A DNA stretch of 64,000 bases from Daphnia carinata (taxonomy: Eukaryota): assembly GCF_022539665.2 (NCBI RefSeq), contig NC_081333.1, positions 3,100,001-3,164,000 on the forward strand, written 5' to 3'. The translations under genes and the position numbers were made by a program. The first letter of the stretch is position 1. The number at the start of each line of letters is the position of its first letter. Shown here one piece after another: positions 1 to 12,682 of the stretch. Below the pieces are notes generated by a model. The model made no database searches and had not been told where the DNA came from. It saw nothing but the letters and a program-made list of their open reading frames with translations.

Positions 1-477
1 AGGAAGTTTTCCAATGACTAGCGGGCCCAAAGGCACGCGAGTCTACTACTCTCCTGAATTCCTATTCACGGAAGGGAAAACCAAAGAAGAGAAAGAACAA
101 ATTCGCGTTAACGTTTCAATTGACGTCTTTTCACTGGGATGTCTCTTTTTCAATTACCTTACAAAAGGCGGACATCCGTTTGCCAATGGTGGGTCTCCCA
201 ATGAAGTTTTCACTCCTGCTAATATTTATAAAGGCGAAAAAGTCCTAGATGGCAAAACGGGTAAGCAGATTAGAATGAACTTGTAAATCATTCCGTATTA
301 AAGGTGTACAACATTGGTGGATTATTTTGAATCTTAGGTTTACCGAAAAACCATTATGCATATGACATTATTGACGGAATGACTGAAAACATCCCTGACA
401 AGCGTTGGAAATTAGAAAAAGTCTTAGAAACTTTAAACGCTGAAGCTGAACGACCTAAGACTGCAGAAAGTCAATGA
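1..477 (+). CDS. K1: IRE1-like stand-alone Ser/Thr kinase domain, 3' part (5' end outside window)
   Basis: Exon 1-260 (GPKGT..SPE, DVFSLGCLFFNYLTKGGHPF); GT-AG intron 261-337; last exon 338-477 ending KRWKLEKVL...SQ*. Near-copy of K4. Confidence 0.85.
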
Positions 478-1009
478 AAAGTACATCTCGGTTAAAAACT
501 AAATCTAAACACCAATTTAAAAATATACTGGCAATTTAGAGAATATCTGCTTCGCAATTCGAAATGGTACGTTTTATTTTAAACTATCTTTACAGCTTAC
601 GCCATAAACAATGTGCGTCCCAAGACGTTCTTATTTTCAAGTAAAATTCAAGTATGCACATTAGAATTGCCCTTTAAGAATATTGCAACATACACGATAA
701 GGTCGATAAGACATTCAAAACTAATGTCAAATGGCAAACGATGAAAACTAACGACAACAGCGATTCTCAAACTTTATCGTGTAACAAGCGCTGACTTATG
801 TAGCAATCCAAACGCACTCGATAAGCAAAACCTTGGCAACCCGAGTGTGATACCAATGCTCTGAGTCTGCGTATGTAGTGAAGAAGAGATTAGCCAACTG
901 ATAAAACATGGAGAATTATGCCCAATGCTTGGGCTTTTACTGTCTCAACGAATACCTTAGACATTGAGGGGATAGGGTGGATGAGTAATTACGTATTTTA
1001 AAAAAATAT

Positions 1010-1633
1010 GAAGAAAGCGGCCATCATGAATTTTTTACCACCTTTCCTTCAATTTCGATGAGCTAACTCTACTTAACAAATTCTCAAAACTAGCTAAACA
1101 AAAAAGATATTTCTTAAAAAAAAAACGAGATGTCGTTGAGATAAAGGGGGTTAAAACTATAGTTCACCTCCTGTCTGACTGCCTTAAGACGAAATGAAAA
1201 ACTGAAATGCTACTATTCGATTCTGAGACAATGACATAAGGGATAAGGCAAAAAACTAGATTTGCATGCAAGAGAAACGACCGAAACACCTTCCTTTTCA
1301 AATTCACCGTTCCAACACTCTAGAATTCGGCAGTTTCAACTGATATGCAAGGAATGGCCGTGGAGGTTAGGCAATCATTTCTAGGAAGTGTATAGGACGT
1401 TGAATGGCACGTGCGATTCCCCGAAACGACAGGAATGACCTTTCTTTTCAAATTTTCCGTTCCACCACTCTAGGATTTTAAGCTAAAGGTGATATGCAAG
1501 GACACAGCTAACCGTGGAGGATAGGTGAACATTTTTTGGCGAAGGTGTGGTGTAGAATGGCACGTGCAACAGCAGAATGTACCATTTCAAAATCGTTAAA
1601 CAAACCAAACATCATATACTCTAATTATCTTAA
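1010..1633. mobile_element. Dispersed repeat copy A (putative non-autonomous element with ~150-bp internal subunits)
   Basis: Similar by eye to 4495-4776, 8228-8728, 11170-11799 and 22998-23126. GGCACGTG recurs at ~153-bp spacing (CACGTG at 1408 and 1561). Ends ...CTAATTATCTTAA. Left boundary approximate. Confidence 0.6.
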
Positions 1634-2098
1634 AACAGTCTAACAGATTTCAAACCAGCGCAAAAAAAAAAATGTATATATCTGCAAAGTCTCATGCCCT
1701 AGCGTGGGGTTACCGCTATTGACAGGTGTCGCTAACAACAGGTGTAGCAACACGGTTTTTAAGAGCAAACTAATTTTGTTTACGACCAGTGTAAGAGATA
1801 AGATTTCAAAAATGAGAAATATTTAAACGTTATCTACATCAGCCAACACAGACGTAGCAAATAAAAACATGGACGTCCACTTAAAAAGATTGAAGATAAG
1901 TATTAGAATCCTGATATCGAGTTTTGTGCGACGATGCGGTTCAATGTGACCTAAAGTGCGTACATAAATTAATGACAAGATATTATTAATAAAGGGGGTC
2001 CAAAGCGCTCTTCTGATGCATTTCATCGCATCGCAGGTATTTTTAGTTTCGAGGGCAGTATGTCTTCGTGATCAACAATTACAACATTGATTATTGCA

Positions 2099-2472
2099 AT
2101 AGCCCCATATTAGGAAAGTTGCTCTTATCATCAATAATTTATAATTCAATGAGGTTTTCAACTTGTATTTAATTACCTTGATTTTTAACTCGCTGTGCTG
2201 CTTCCGAACTGGCATCTAAAGGGGTTAGAGTGAATGCCGTTTGTCCAGGCATTATTGGCTATACTCAAATCTTTTCCAACATTGGCTTATCCAAGGAGCT
2301 TCGGGATTTTTACTTTCGAACGTGTCAAAACAACTCGCCCATTATGCCGTGCTGGAATACCGGAAGAAGTAGCAAAGTCCATCGCTTTTTTAGCGTCCGA
2401 TGAACATGCTTCATTTCTTACTGGAGTGACACTGCCCACCGATGGCAGAAGATGTGTTTCATCCCCGTTATG
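2099..2472 (+). pseudogene. SDR pseudogene with internal deletion
   Basis: Paralog of 15503-16489. ATG changed to ATA (2099), first donor lost, and intron 1 joined at ~2187 directly to last-exon sequence (ELASKGVRVNAVCPG), removing ~600 bp including the YxxxK motif. Confidence 0.85.
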
Positions 2473-2822
2473 AACATAATATGCTACTGGCAATTCCAAG
2501 AATGGGGATGTCAGACATTGATTCAGCAGGTTTTTTTTCAGGCCATTTTGAAATAAGGCTCAATGATAAGATAGCTAGCAGAAGTATAACGTAAAGATAT
2601 GTAATTTGAAATGTATACACCGTTACAATCAGAAAAAAATTTAGTTCTACTTGCTGCGCTCTGCATAACTCGTGTAACTTGCATTCTTCCATTAGCCGTT
2701 AGATCAACTGAATTTACGGTAACAGCGTAAAGTTTTTAAATCATTAGAGCTGTTCCACATATAACCGCCAATGATTGGTTGATATTCAAATTATTAATTA
2801 GGACTTTCTTGCACAACAGTCT

Positions 2823-3820
2823 ATGATGATTGTGGATTACGACAAGGATGATTTACTGGGCGAAGGCGTAGAATCCTATGTGTTTAAGGGCACTTTTGCT
2901 GGCGATGAAGTTGCCGTGAAAAGGATGGAAAAAAAATTTGGACAAAAAAAAGCAAACGAGGAGAAAGATTTTCAAACCCGCGAAGAAAAAGCCATGAAAC
3001 AATTTAATCACCCCAACGTTCTCAAATTACTAGAGGTACAAGAAGATGAAAATTTCAAGTATGTACATATACGCTAAAAACACCATTCACCCAATTGCAC
3101 CTTTAATGTGCCCAATTTTAATCTTAATAAAGGTATTTGATATTGGAACACTGTTTGGGAACACTTCTCGACTACATCAAAGGAAAGTACACCGACCAGA
3201 TGCCTACAGAAATCGACGGAATGATCCAAATGGCTAGCGGATTGCAATACATTCACGACCAGAAATTTGTTCATCGAGATATCAAACCCGCAAATGTATT
3301 GATTTCTAAATCTCACGTTCTGAAAGTATCGGATTTCGGACACTGCCGAGAAGTTACAGAATCCGGAAGTTTCTCAATGTCTAGCGGAGAAAAGGGTACC
3401 AGGAAGTACAACTCTCCGGAATACCTTCACTTGGAAGAAGAGAAAAACATAGAGGAAAGAAAAAAAATTCGAGCTAATGTTTCGACAGACATCTTTTCTT
3501 TAGGCTGCGTGTTTTTTAGCTACATCACAAAGGGCGGTCATCCTTTCGCTGGTGGAAAGAATTCCGAACATACAACCGTCGCCAACATCTACGAAGGCAA
3601 AAAATCCATGGACAACGTTGACTCTGGTAAGCACTTTCAGACGAAATGTAAATTCCTAAGTTAACCTATTTTGTGAACCTATTGTGCTCTAGGTCTAGCA
3701 AGGGATCATTATGCATTTTCGATGATTGACGGCATGACGAAGGTTGGTGCAAACGACCGTTGGAGTCTGGACAAAGTTTTGGAAACTCTAAACAACCAGA
3801 AGCTGAAATTTTCAGAATAA
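2823..3820 (+). CDS. K2: IRE1-like stand-alone kinase
   Basis: Exons 2823-3058, 3133-3626, 3693-3820. Motifs GEG, VAVK, HPNVLKL, HRDIKPANVL, SDFG, SPE, GGHPF. Stop shortly after subdomain XI. Confidence 0.9.
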
Positions 3821-4219
3821 GAAAAAGCAAATTGATTTTGTTTAACAAATTAAGATGCATATCACAAACGAAATAAAAAGCATTTCTTTCATGCATCAGA
3901 AAGTGTGCGCAATATCGAACAGTCTCACACGCTCCAAAATAACTTCCATATCATTTACATAGCCTACACGATTGAATTGCCATTGCTAAATTTTCTTGTA
4001 GTAGCTACATAATATTCAACGCAAGTCTAAGTTACCCAAGACGACATTTCTACACATTTTGACACGATTAGATAACTCTTGATGCATTTCAATCGTGCGA
4101 CCAAAAGAATAAACTCATCTTCATGAGAGATGTATCAGCTATCAAACAGTGAAACCAAAAGTTTGAATTTACCATTTTTAGTGTAGAACGAGGTGCACTT
4201 TGCTATTACTACAGCAACG

Positions 4220-4481
4220 ATGTTCGTGACAGCCAGTGATGACGGCTATAGCAAGCAGTCCGAAATAATTGGATAAAGGAGCGTTCGGTATTGTTTACGA
4301 AGGACCCTGGAATGGAGAGAAGGGGTCATCAAGCGGATTGGCAAAACGAATTCCTCGTTTTTAAGTGATTCTGTTGAGGCATGCAGCGGCGGGCAACATA
4401 GGGAGGAATAAAACATGGAAAAGCTGGGCCATCCCAACGTCCTCAAACCCCTCCACGTCGAAGTCGATCACAATTTCAAGT
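4220..4481 (+). pseudogene. K3: truncated kinase pseudogene (copy of the first coding exon of K6)
   Basis: Aligns to 18503-18766. Frameshift near the start, GAA->TAA at 4408-4410, and truncation at the exon end where the dispersed repeat begins. Confidence 0.85.
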
Positions 4482-4494
4482 ATAACTTGCACGG

Positions 4495-4776
4495 TAGAAC
4501 GGCCGCGGAGGATAGGCGATCGTTTCTAGGAAGTGTGGGACGTAGAATGGCACGTGTGATTCTCCGAAACGACAGGGAATGGCCTTGCTTTGGGAATTTT
4601 CAGTTCCACCACTCTAGAATTCTAAGCTAAAGGTGATATGCAAGGGCACAGGTAACGGTGGAGGATAGGCGATCATTTTTTGAAAGGGTGGGGTATAGAA
4701 TGGCACGTGCAACTGTAGAATACGCCCATTCAAAATTGCTCTACAAACCAAACATCATATACTCTAATTATCTTAA
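4495..4776. mobile_element. Dispersed repeat copy B (5'-truncated)
   Basis: CACGTG at 4551 and 4704; same ...CTAATTATCTTAA right end as copy A. Confidence 0.6.
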
Positions 4777-5640
4777 AGCACAGGTTCGTATTTATTCAGA
4801 TGGTCCTTAGTCGGAGCTTTTTTGAAAATTAGTTAGAAATGACAATGGTATTGATTTGAGTTAAATATTTTTATCTCAAATCGCATAAAGCCACGACTAA
4901 AGCAACGAAAAAAATTAAACGGGTCGTATAAGCAGCTAATTAAAGTTTATTCCTTACATCGAATGACCAGTTGGGATGCCATATCTGTCAATGCTTGATT
5001 TCCGAGCACATGACATATACGAATCTTCAAACGAAATCATAGACGTGAATGTATATGCTATGATATTACTTGGACATTAGGACAGTTTAGCGTGTGGAAC
5101 TCAATAAAGACTGGTATTGATTATTCGTTCCTTGATTGACAATATGTCAAAGGCCTAGGTGAATCGGAGGTAATTGTACGCGCACGTTTCTGATGATTTT
5201 CTATCTACATTTTGCTTTCAAAACTGTTCAAAAGCTCATTTATGATGGAATGTCGCTATCCGTAGTTTATTCGAATTTCAAGGCATATACAGTTCTGAAT
5301 TTCCAGCATGGAACGTCTGATAGACTTGCATAAAAAGGCAGCTTTTGATGACTCTTGATTGGCAGATCTGTCTGCCTAACTAAGCCAAAATCGTTTCCAG
5401 AAAGCGAGGCAGCGAGAGAACATTTAAACAACCGAATAATGTACTGTTGATACGGATTTTCGGATGTGTTACCATGGGCAACATACATTTCAAGATCTTG
5501 CAAATGAACGCCAGCCGGGAATTAAAAGTTGATTTAAGAGCAAAAGCTAGGCTATTTAAACAGCAGAAGAGTCGGAGTAATGACCACCAGTCCGTTCACG
5601 CTGAGCAGAAGATAACCAATAAAGAAAGGAGACGTAAGTG

Positions 5641-7565
5641 ATGTCTAAATTACATTTTCTGCTGTTGGGGTTTTCAGTAATGACCAGTTGCAAAACTGAT
5701 GATAACGATTTACATAAGCAACATAACGGCTTAAAAGGAAAACATATGCAAATTGTTACAGGCCAAGTAAGTTCAAATGAGGAAATATTACATGGAAATT
5801 AATCAGTTACATAAAAGAGTTTTAAATTTGAATCGACAACTAACGTGCTTTTTAAATAGTTCGCTCCAGTAACTATATTAACAAGAAATTCCTCTGGTCA
5901 TGTTGTTGACTATTCCGGTCTGTTGTTTCACCATCTCCGGTTCCTGTCTCAAAAATTAAAATTCACGTATATTTTTATATTATAAAACAAAAAAAAGTTT
6001 TATTAGCCAAGTCTGATGATGATTGCAGGTATAACATATTCATCGTAGCAGAGAACACCAATGGAATTAAGGTCAATGGCACATGGAATGGAATAATTGG
6101 AACGTTGCTAAGACAAGTATGCAGATTTTACGGCATTGTTTAAACATGGTAATTTTGTTTCACTTGTTCTTTATCAGGAAGCTGATATTGGTTTAGCGCC
6201 AGTAGCAATTTCTCTACAGCGATATGAAGCTCTCGATTTTCGGGGAAGAATTGGAGGAGACTGGACGGGCATCCTGGTCAGATATCCTCCCCCTTTCGTT
6301 TCATTTACCAGCACGCTCGACCTATTTTCCAAAGACGTAACAAAAAATTCTCAGAATGTGTATGTTTTATTTATTACGTTTGATATACGTTTAGGTGTGG
6401 ATCGGATTTTTAGTTTCTGCTGTCGTAGTTGCCGGAATTTTCATCGTTTTGACCTCCATAGGAAAACGGTTGCACAACACGCTGGATTCCGAGACGAGCA
6501 ATACCGCTTTTGCCTGGTACTTGTTCGGTACCTTCTTTTCTCAAGGTTGGATTAGTTTAATTACGGAAACATGTTAATCCGTAAAACGAAAATAAAATAA
6601 AAAAATAATTAAGAAACTAAATCGCTTTCTATTCCTTTATATGTTACAACATACAAGGAAATCGTATCCCAGCTAGCCAACGATTTCAACAAGTCCTCGC
6701 CGCAACGTGGTGTCTAGCAGCTTTTGTCTTCGTCAACAGTTATAATTGCACGTTAACATCTTACATGTCGGTGACATATCAAAAACCAGATATCAACTCA
6801 TTAAAAGAGTTGGCTATCTCTACAACTTACAAAGCAAACGTTCTAATGGGCTCTATTCAAGAGATTGACTTATTAGTTCGCAGACAAATTATGAACATTT
6901 AACTAACTATACAGACGCGATTAACAAGCATTATCTTCTATAGATGTCAACTAATGAATATATAAAAACGATTGCAGCGAGAATGAAACAATGTCCTGAT
7001 TGCAGGAAATTCAACTCAAGCGATCAGGCTTTGCAAGTTATAAAACACGACAATTACGTTGCGATTATGGTAAGCAGTTTTCCCTTCAATTAAGTAGCAG
7101 ATAATAATGTCATTCGACGGCAGGCATATAGCAGCGGTAGAAGTAACATGCAGAAACATTCCTCTGAGAGAGGCAAATGCCTTTTAACCATGGCCAAGGA
7201 GAAAACGACGTGGGCTAACATGTTCCTTGCTGTCCCGAAAACAAGTCCTTACAAGGAGGAAATTGAAAGAGAGTTAGCGTGTTTCTTTGATTAATAGGAT
7301 AATCGATAAAAAATTTAACTTCACGCATACATCAAGGTCTTTATGGTTCCATGCCGCTGGATTACGTGAATATTGGTCTGTCCGTCAAGAAAAATATCCC
7401 AAACAATGCGAACTCATCTACAATAACAAAGGGACGTCTATCAAGAGATCGAGCAATCGAATTAAATTGGAACAGTTTTATCTACCTTTCCTGTTACTCC
7501 TTGGTGGCTATGTTCTGGGTCTCATTCAATTTTTCCGTGAACATCTTACTCATTGTAAACGTTAA
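5641..7565 (+). CDS. IR-a: divergent ionotropic receptor (iGluR-derived chemoreceptor), apparently intact, ~9 exons
   Basis: Spliced translation gives a signal peptide (MSKLHFLLLGFSV), GTWNGIIGTLLRQEADIG (S1), M1 VWIGFLVSAVVV, pore WYLFGTFFSQG, M3 WCLAAFVFVNSYNCTLTSYMSV, S2, and M4 IKLEQFYLPFLLLLGGY. Confidence 0.88.
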
Positions 7566-7689
7566 TGAGAAATGATGCCACGATATTGCCGACGCATGTT
7601 CTGTGTTGGACGAAGTCGTATTCAAATCCAGTTCACAAATTTGCTTAACAATCACCAACGTTCCTAGTTTAAAAACGGTAGTTAAACAG

Positions 7690-8150
7690 CGAACCACAAG
7701 CTTTTATCCCTATAAAACATTTATTCAAACGCAATTTATTAGCACTTTACGAACCAAAAAATAACTACGTTGCACAACAGTGCGGAAATCAGAAAACAAT
7801 AGGAAGTACAGTATAAATGATTGTTGCCACATTCGAAGTAACACTTATGAAATTATTCCCATTTTTCTATTTTATCCCTGATGTGCACAACCACCGTCAA
7901 ATTTGAGCAAACCCATCCCGATCGCGAAGTGCAATACAATTTAAATGTTAGATAACTATTCCATTGATCAGCCGAAGAACTTCTTTCCTTCTGTGGTGCT
8001 TTTACGAGTGGCACAGTATTTTATAACAAACGGGAACAAAGCAAAAATAACTGAATCATCTATAATCCAAGGAAAATTTCTTTTGAACTAAACAAAATAA
8101 AATTTTTTACGAACGTTTATCAGCACTTACAATATTACAACTAGCCAGAA
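7690..8150 (+). pseudogene. Decayed copy of the K7 promoter, first exon and first intron
   Basis: CGAACCACAAGCTTTTATCCC, ATAACTACGTTGCACAACAG and CCAAGG-AAATTTCTTTT match 20116-20540; ATG and GT donor are lost. Confidence 0.65.
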
Positions 8151-8227
8151 ACGGTGCAAAAAAATTTTTCTCACCAAAGCGATCACACACAACAAAGGGA
8201 TTCGGTAAAGAAAACCTATTGGGCAAA

Positions 8228-8728
8228 ATGAGATAAAGGAGGTAAAAAAACTTTACGTCCTCTACTGTCTGACTGACCTGGAATGAAAAGAAAAGCTGAA
8301 GTGATACTACGCAATTCTAAGACAATGACATAAGGGATGAGGCAGAAAACTAGATTTGTATACAAGCGAAACGACCAAAACACCTTCCTTTTCAAATTTT
8401 CCGTTCCAACACTCTACAACTTTACAGCTGCAGGTGATGTGTAAGGGCACAGGTGGCCGCGGAGGATAAACGATCATTTATAGGAAGGGTAGGTCGTGGA
8501 ATGGCACGTGCGATTCCCCGAAACGGCAGGAATGACCTTTCTTTTCGAATATTCCGTTCCACCACTCTAGGATTCTTGGCTAAAGGTGATATGCAAGGGC
8601 ACAGGTAGCGTAGAGGATAGGCGATCATTTTTTGAAAAGGTGGGGCGTAGAATGGCACGTGCAACAGTAGAATATGCCCCTTCAAAATTGCTATACAAAT
8701 CCAACAGCAGATAATCTAATTATCTTAA
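8228..8728. mobile_element. Dispersed repeat copy C
   Basis: CACGTG at 8505 and 8656; right end TAATTATCTTAA abuts an SDR fragment. Confidence 0.6.
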
Positions 8729-8730
8729 GT

Positions 8731-8823
8731 AAGTCCATCACTTCTCTAGCGTCCGCAGAACACGCTTAATTTCTGACTGGAGTGGCGTTGCCCGTCGATG
8801 GCGGACGTTGTGTTTCATCATGA
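8731..8823 (+). pseudogene. SDR 3'-terminal fragment
   Basis: AAGTCCATC..CTAGCGTCCG..CTGACTGGAGTG..GTCGATGGCGGACGT matches ~16400-16490; the following sequence matches the SDR 3' flank and kinase promoter up to ~17070. Confidence 0.8.
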
Positions 8824-9298
8824 TGCAAATCGGTAGCAAAGCTATTGAAACTGGCTGAAGGCTATTGTGTACGATAGAATTGTACTATTATTTGGAGCAA
8901 AATGCGACACTTCTTTTTTGATAGTTGTATGAATAAACAATTGAAATTCGTATCATCCGTTGGCATTTAGATGATTCCATTTTGTGCTGAACTTCCTCTT
9001 TGATTAATTGATTAGTGCAACAAAGCCAAATATACGTTCATAACAACCGTTATGAAAATGATAAACTGGCAATTCCAAAAATGGTCATGTCAGACATTGA
9101 TACAGCACTTTTTTTTTTACCCCAACTTCGAAATCAAGCGTTATGATAAGATAGATCGCGGATGATTAAATTAAAGATATGCAATTTTGTATATGTTTAC
9201 ACATTAGAATCAGATAATACATTTTAGTTCTACTCGCTGCGCCCTGCACAACTCGTGTGACTCACATCCTTCCATTTGTCGGCAAATTAACTGAAATC

Positions 9299-10427
9299 AT
9301 GGTAACAACGTAAAGTTTTTAAATCATTATTGTTGTTCAGCATATAACCAGCAATGATTGGTTGACATTCAAAATACTAACTAGTCTTTTCTTGCAAATA
9401 GTCTACTGTGACAGTGCAATGTGATAAGAGAGATGTCCTGGGCAAAGGTCCTGATGGACAAGTGTTTAAGAGCACTTTTGCTGGCAAAGAAGTTGCCGTA
9501 AAAAGAATACAAAAAGATATGGGGGAGGATGTCGAAGAATCGAAAACAAGGCTCGCTGCTCGAATCCGCGAAGTAGCAACTTTGAAAAAAGTTGATCATC
9601 TCAATGTTCTCAAATTAATCGACGTACAAGAAGATCCAGATTTCATGTATGTTCATATACTCAACAAATAGCCAATCCCTAATTACAAGTTCAATGTGCC
9701 CAATTTTATGCCTAATATAGGTATTTGATATTGGAACTATGTTTGGGAACACTCAAAGATTGCATCGAAGGAAGGCTCACCGACCTGATGCCTCCAGAAA
9801 TCGACGGAATGATGCAAATGGCTAGCGGATTGCAACACATTCATTCGCATAAACTAGTCCATCGAAATATCAAACCAGCAAATGTATTGATTTCTACGTC
9901 CCACGTTTTGAAAATATCAGATTTCGTACACTGCCGACCAGTTACAGGTTTCGGAAGTTTCTCAATGTCTAGCGGGCTCGAAGGCACACGAATATACGCC
10001 CCCCCTGAATTCCTATCCACGGAAGGGAAAACCAAAGAACAGATAAAAAAAATTCGCGTTAACGTTTCAGTTGACGTCTTTTCACTGGGATGCCTCTTTT
10101 TCAATTATCTTACAAAAGGCGGACATCCGTTTGCCAATGGTGAGTCTCCCAATGAAGTTTCAACTCCCGCTAATATTTGTGAAGGCGTAAAAGTCCTTGA
10201 TGGCAACAGGGGTAAGCAGATCAGAATGAACTATGAATCATCTAGTATTAAAAGTGTACATGATTTGTGGATTATTTAAAATTTTAGGTTTACCGAAAAA
10301 CCATTATGCATACGCCATGATTGACGGAATGACTGAAAAAATCCCCGACCAGCGTTGGAAATTAGAAAAAGTCCTAGTAACTCTAAAAGCTGAAGCTGAT
10401 AGAACTGCGACTGAAGAAAATCAATGA
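9299..10427 (+). CDS. K4: IRE1-like predicted pseudokinase (HRN, DFV), open reading frame intact
   Basis: Exons ATG 9299-9301, 9402-9646, 9721-10211, 10288-10427. VAVK present; catalytic loop HRNIKPAN; SDFV replaces SDFG. Confidence 0.85.
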
Positions 10428-11169
10428 AAAGTATACATCTCGGTAAAAGAAAAAAAATCTAAACATCAGTTAGAAAATACACCGGCAAATAAGAGAATAT
10501 ATGCTTCGCAATTACAGTACGTTTTTTAAAATTATCCCTACAGCGGACGCCATTAAAAATGTGTGCCCAAAAGCACTCTTATTTTTAAGTCAAATTCAAG
10601 TAAGCACATTGGAATTGCCCTGTGAGATATTGCAACATACATGATAAGGCATTCAAAACTAATGTCAAATGACGAACGATGAAAACAAAACGACCACAGC
10701 GTTTTCAAACTTTATCATATGGAAAACGATTACTGCTGTAGCTAGCCAAACGCACTCGATAAGCAAATACCTTGGTGGTCCGAGTGTGATATCATTCACA
10801 CTCCCATCACCCTACTCACGGTATATAGAAAATCACTCTCGATTTTGCCTTTCACGTGTAAAAAAAAGTATACTTATGTAAAGGTGAGGGAAATAAGCTA
10901 TGGAAATTGTGTAGATAAGATTCCTACCTGGCATTGGCACAAAAATTAAGCTTCCATTATTGGGAGTCAATAAATATGAAATACAACTATACAATGCATT
11001 TACCTGGTGAATGGCCATGTATGGTGATTGCTCTGAATCTGCTTACGTGGTGAAGAAAAGATTGCGCAGCTGATAAAACATGCACAACGCTTAAGCTTTT
11101 ACTGTCTTCACGAAAACCTTCAGAGGTAGAGACGATGGGGATAGGTGAACAATTACGTATTTAAAAGAA

Positions 11170-11799
11170 AAGTAAAGCAAGCAGCCACCATGAGTTTGTG
11201 ACCCCCTTCCTTCCCTTCCGATAAACTGATCCAACCTAAAAAATGATAAGAATCGACGAAACGAAAAAAATGTGTCCTTAAAAACAACAAGGAGATTCCG
11301 ATGAGATAAAGGGCTAAAAAACTGAAGTTCCTCTCCTGTCTGACTGCCTTGAAACGAAATGAAAAGCTGAAATGGCACTGCAGAATTCTGAGATAATGAC
11401 GTAAGGAAGAAGGCATAAACCTAAGTTTGCATAAAAAGAAACGACCGAAACACCTTTCTTTTAGAACTTTCAGTTCCAACACTCAAGAATTCTACAGTGG
11501 CAGGTGCGGGCAAGGGCACAAATGGTCGTGGAGGTTAGGCGATCATTTCTAGAAAGTTTGGGGCGCAGAATGGCACGTGCAATTCCCAGAAACGACAGGA
11601 ATAATCTTTCTTTTCTAATATTCCGTTCCACCACTCTAGAATTCTACTGCTAAAGGTGATATGCAAGGACAAAGGTAACTGTGGAGGGTAGGCGATCATT
11701 TTTTGAAAAGGTGGGGTGTAGAATGGCACGTGCAACAGCAGAATACGCCCCTTCAAAATTTTTATACAAATAAAACATCAAATACTCTAATTATCTTAA
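11170..11799. mobile_element. Dispersed repeat copy D
   Basis: CACGTG at 11574 and 11727; same right end; left flank shared with copy A and right flank shared with copy B. Confidence 0.6.
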
Positions 11800-12682
11800 A
11801 GCACAAGTTTGTATTTATTTAGATGGCCCTTATTCCCAGCTATTTTGAAAATGGTATTAATTAAAAATAACAACGCTATCGATTTGAGTTAAGTATTTTA
11901 GTCTGAAACCGTGTAAAGCCACGACTAACGCAAGGAAGAAAATTAAATGGGGGGGGGGGGGGTTATAAGCAGCTAATTAAAATTAATTCCTTACGTCGAA
12001 TAACCAGTTGATATGCCATGTCTGTCAATGCTTGATTTCCGAGCACATGACAAATACGAATCTTCAATCGAATTCGCAGACATGATTGCATATGCTATGA
12101 TATTACTTGAACATTAGGACAGTTTAGCGTGTGGAACTTAATATACGTAGACTTGTATTGATTATTCCTTCATTGACTGACAACATTGCTAAAAGTTTAG
12201 GTGAAACGTAGGTAATTGTTTGCACACGTTTCTGATGATTTTCTACTTAATTTCTGCTTTCAGAACTGTTCAAAAGTTCATATGTGATGGACTATCGCTG
12301 TCCATAGTTTATTCGAACTTCAAGGACACGCAGTGCTAAATTTCCAGCAAAAAACACTGTTAGTCTTGCATAAATACGCAGTGTTGGATGACTCTTGATT
12401 GGCAGATCTGTCCGTCTATCTAAGCCAAAATCGTTTTCAGGAGATGAGGCAGCGACAGGACATTAAAACAACGGAATCTCATAATGTTTGTACGGATTTT
12501 CGGATGTGTTACCATGGGCAACATACATTTCAAGATTTTGCAAATGAACGTCAGCCGGCGAATTAAAAGTTGATTTAAGAGCAAAAGCTAGGGCTATTTA
12601 AACGGCAGGGGAGTCGGAGTAATGACCACCTGTCCGTTCACGCTGAGCAGAAGATAACCAATAAAGAAAGGAGACGTAAGAG

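Noticed and set aside
8422..8685. Minus-strand ORFs in the repeat (also 11535-11756) as a transposase; CALTHHLQL loosely resembles a hAT CxxH motif
   Set aside because: Reading frames are not preserved between copies or subunits and no DDE-like domain is visible.
1290..11740. ~150-bp repeated units as a CRISPR-like array
   Set aside because: Eukaryotic intron-rich DNA; units are long, degenerate, only about two per copy, lack unique spacers, and no cas genes are present.
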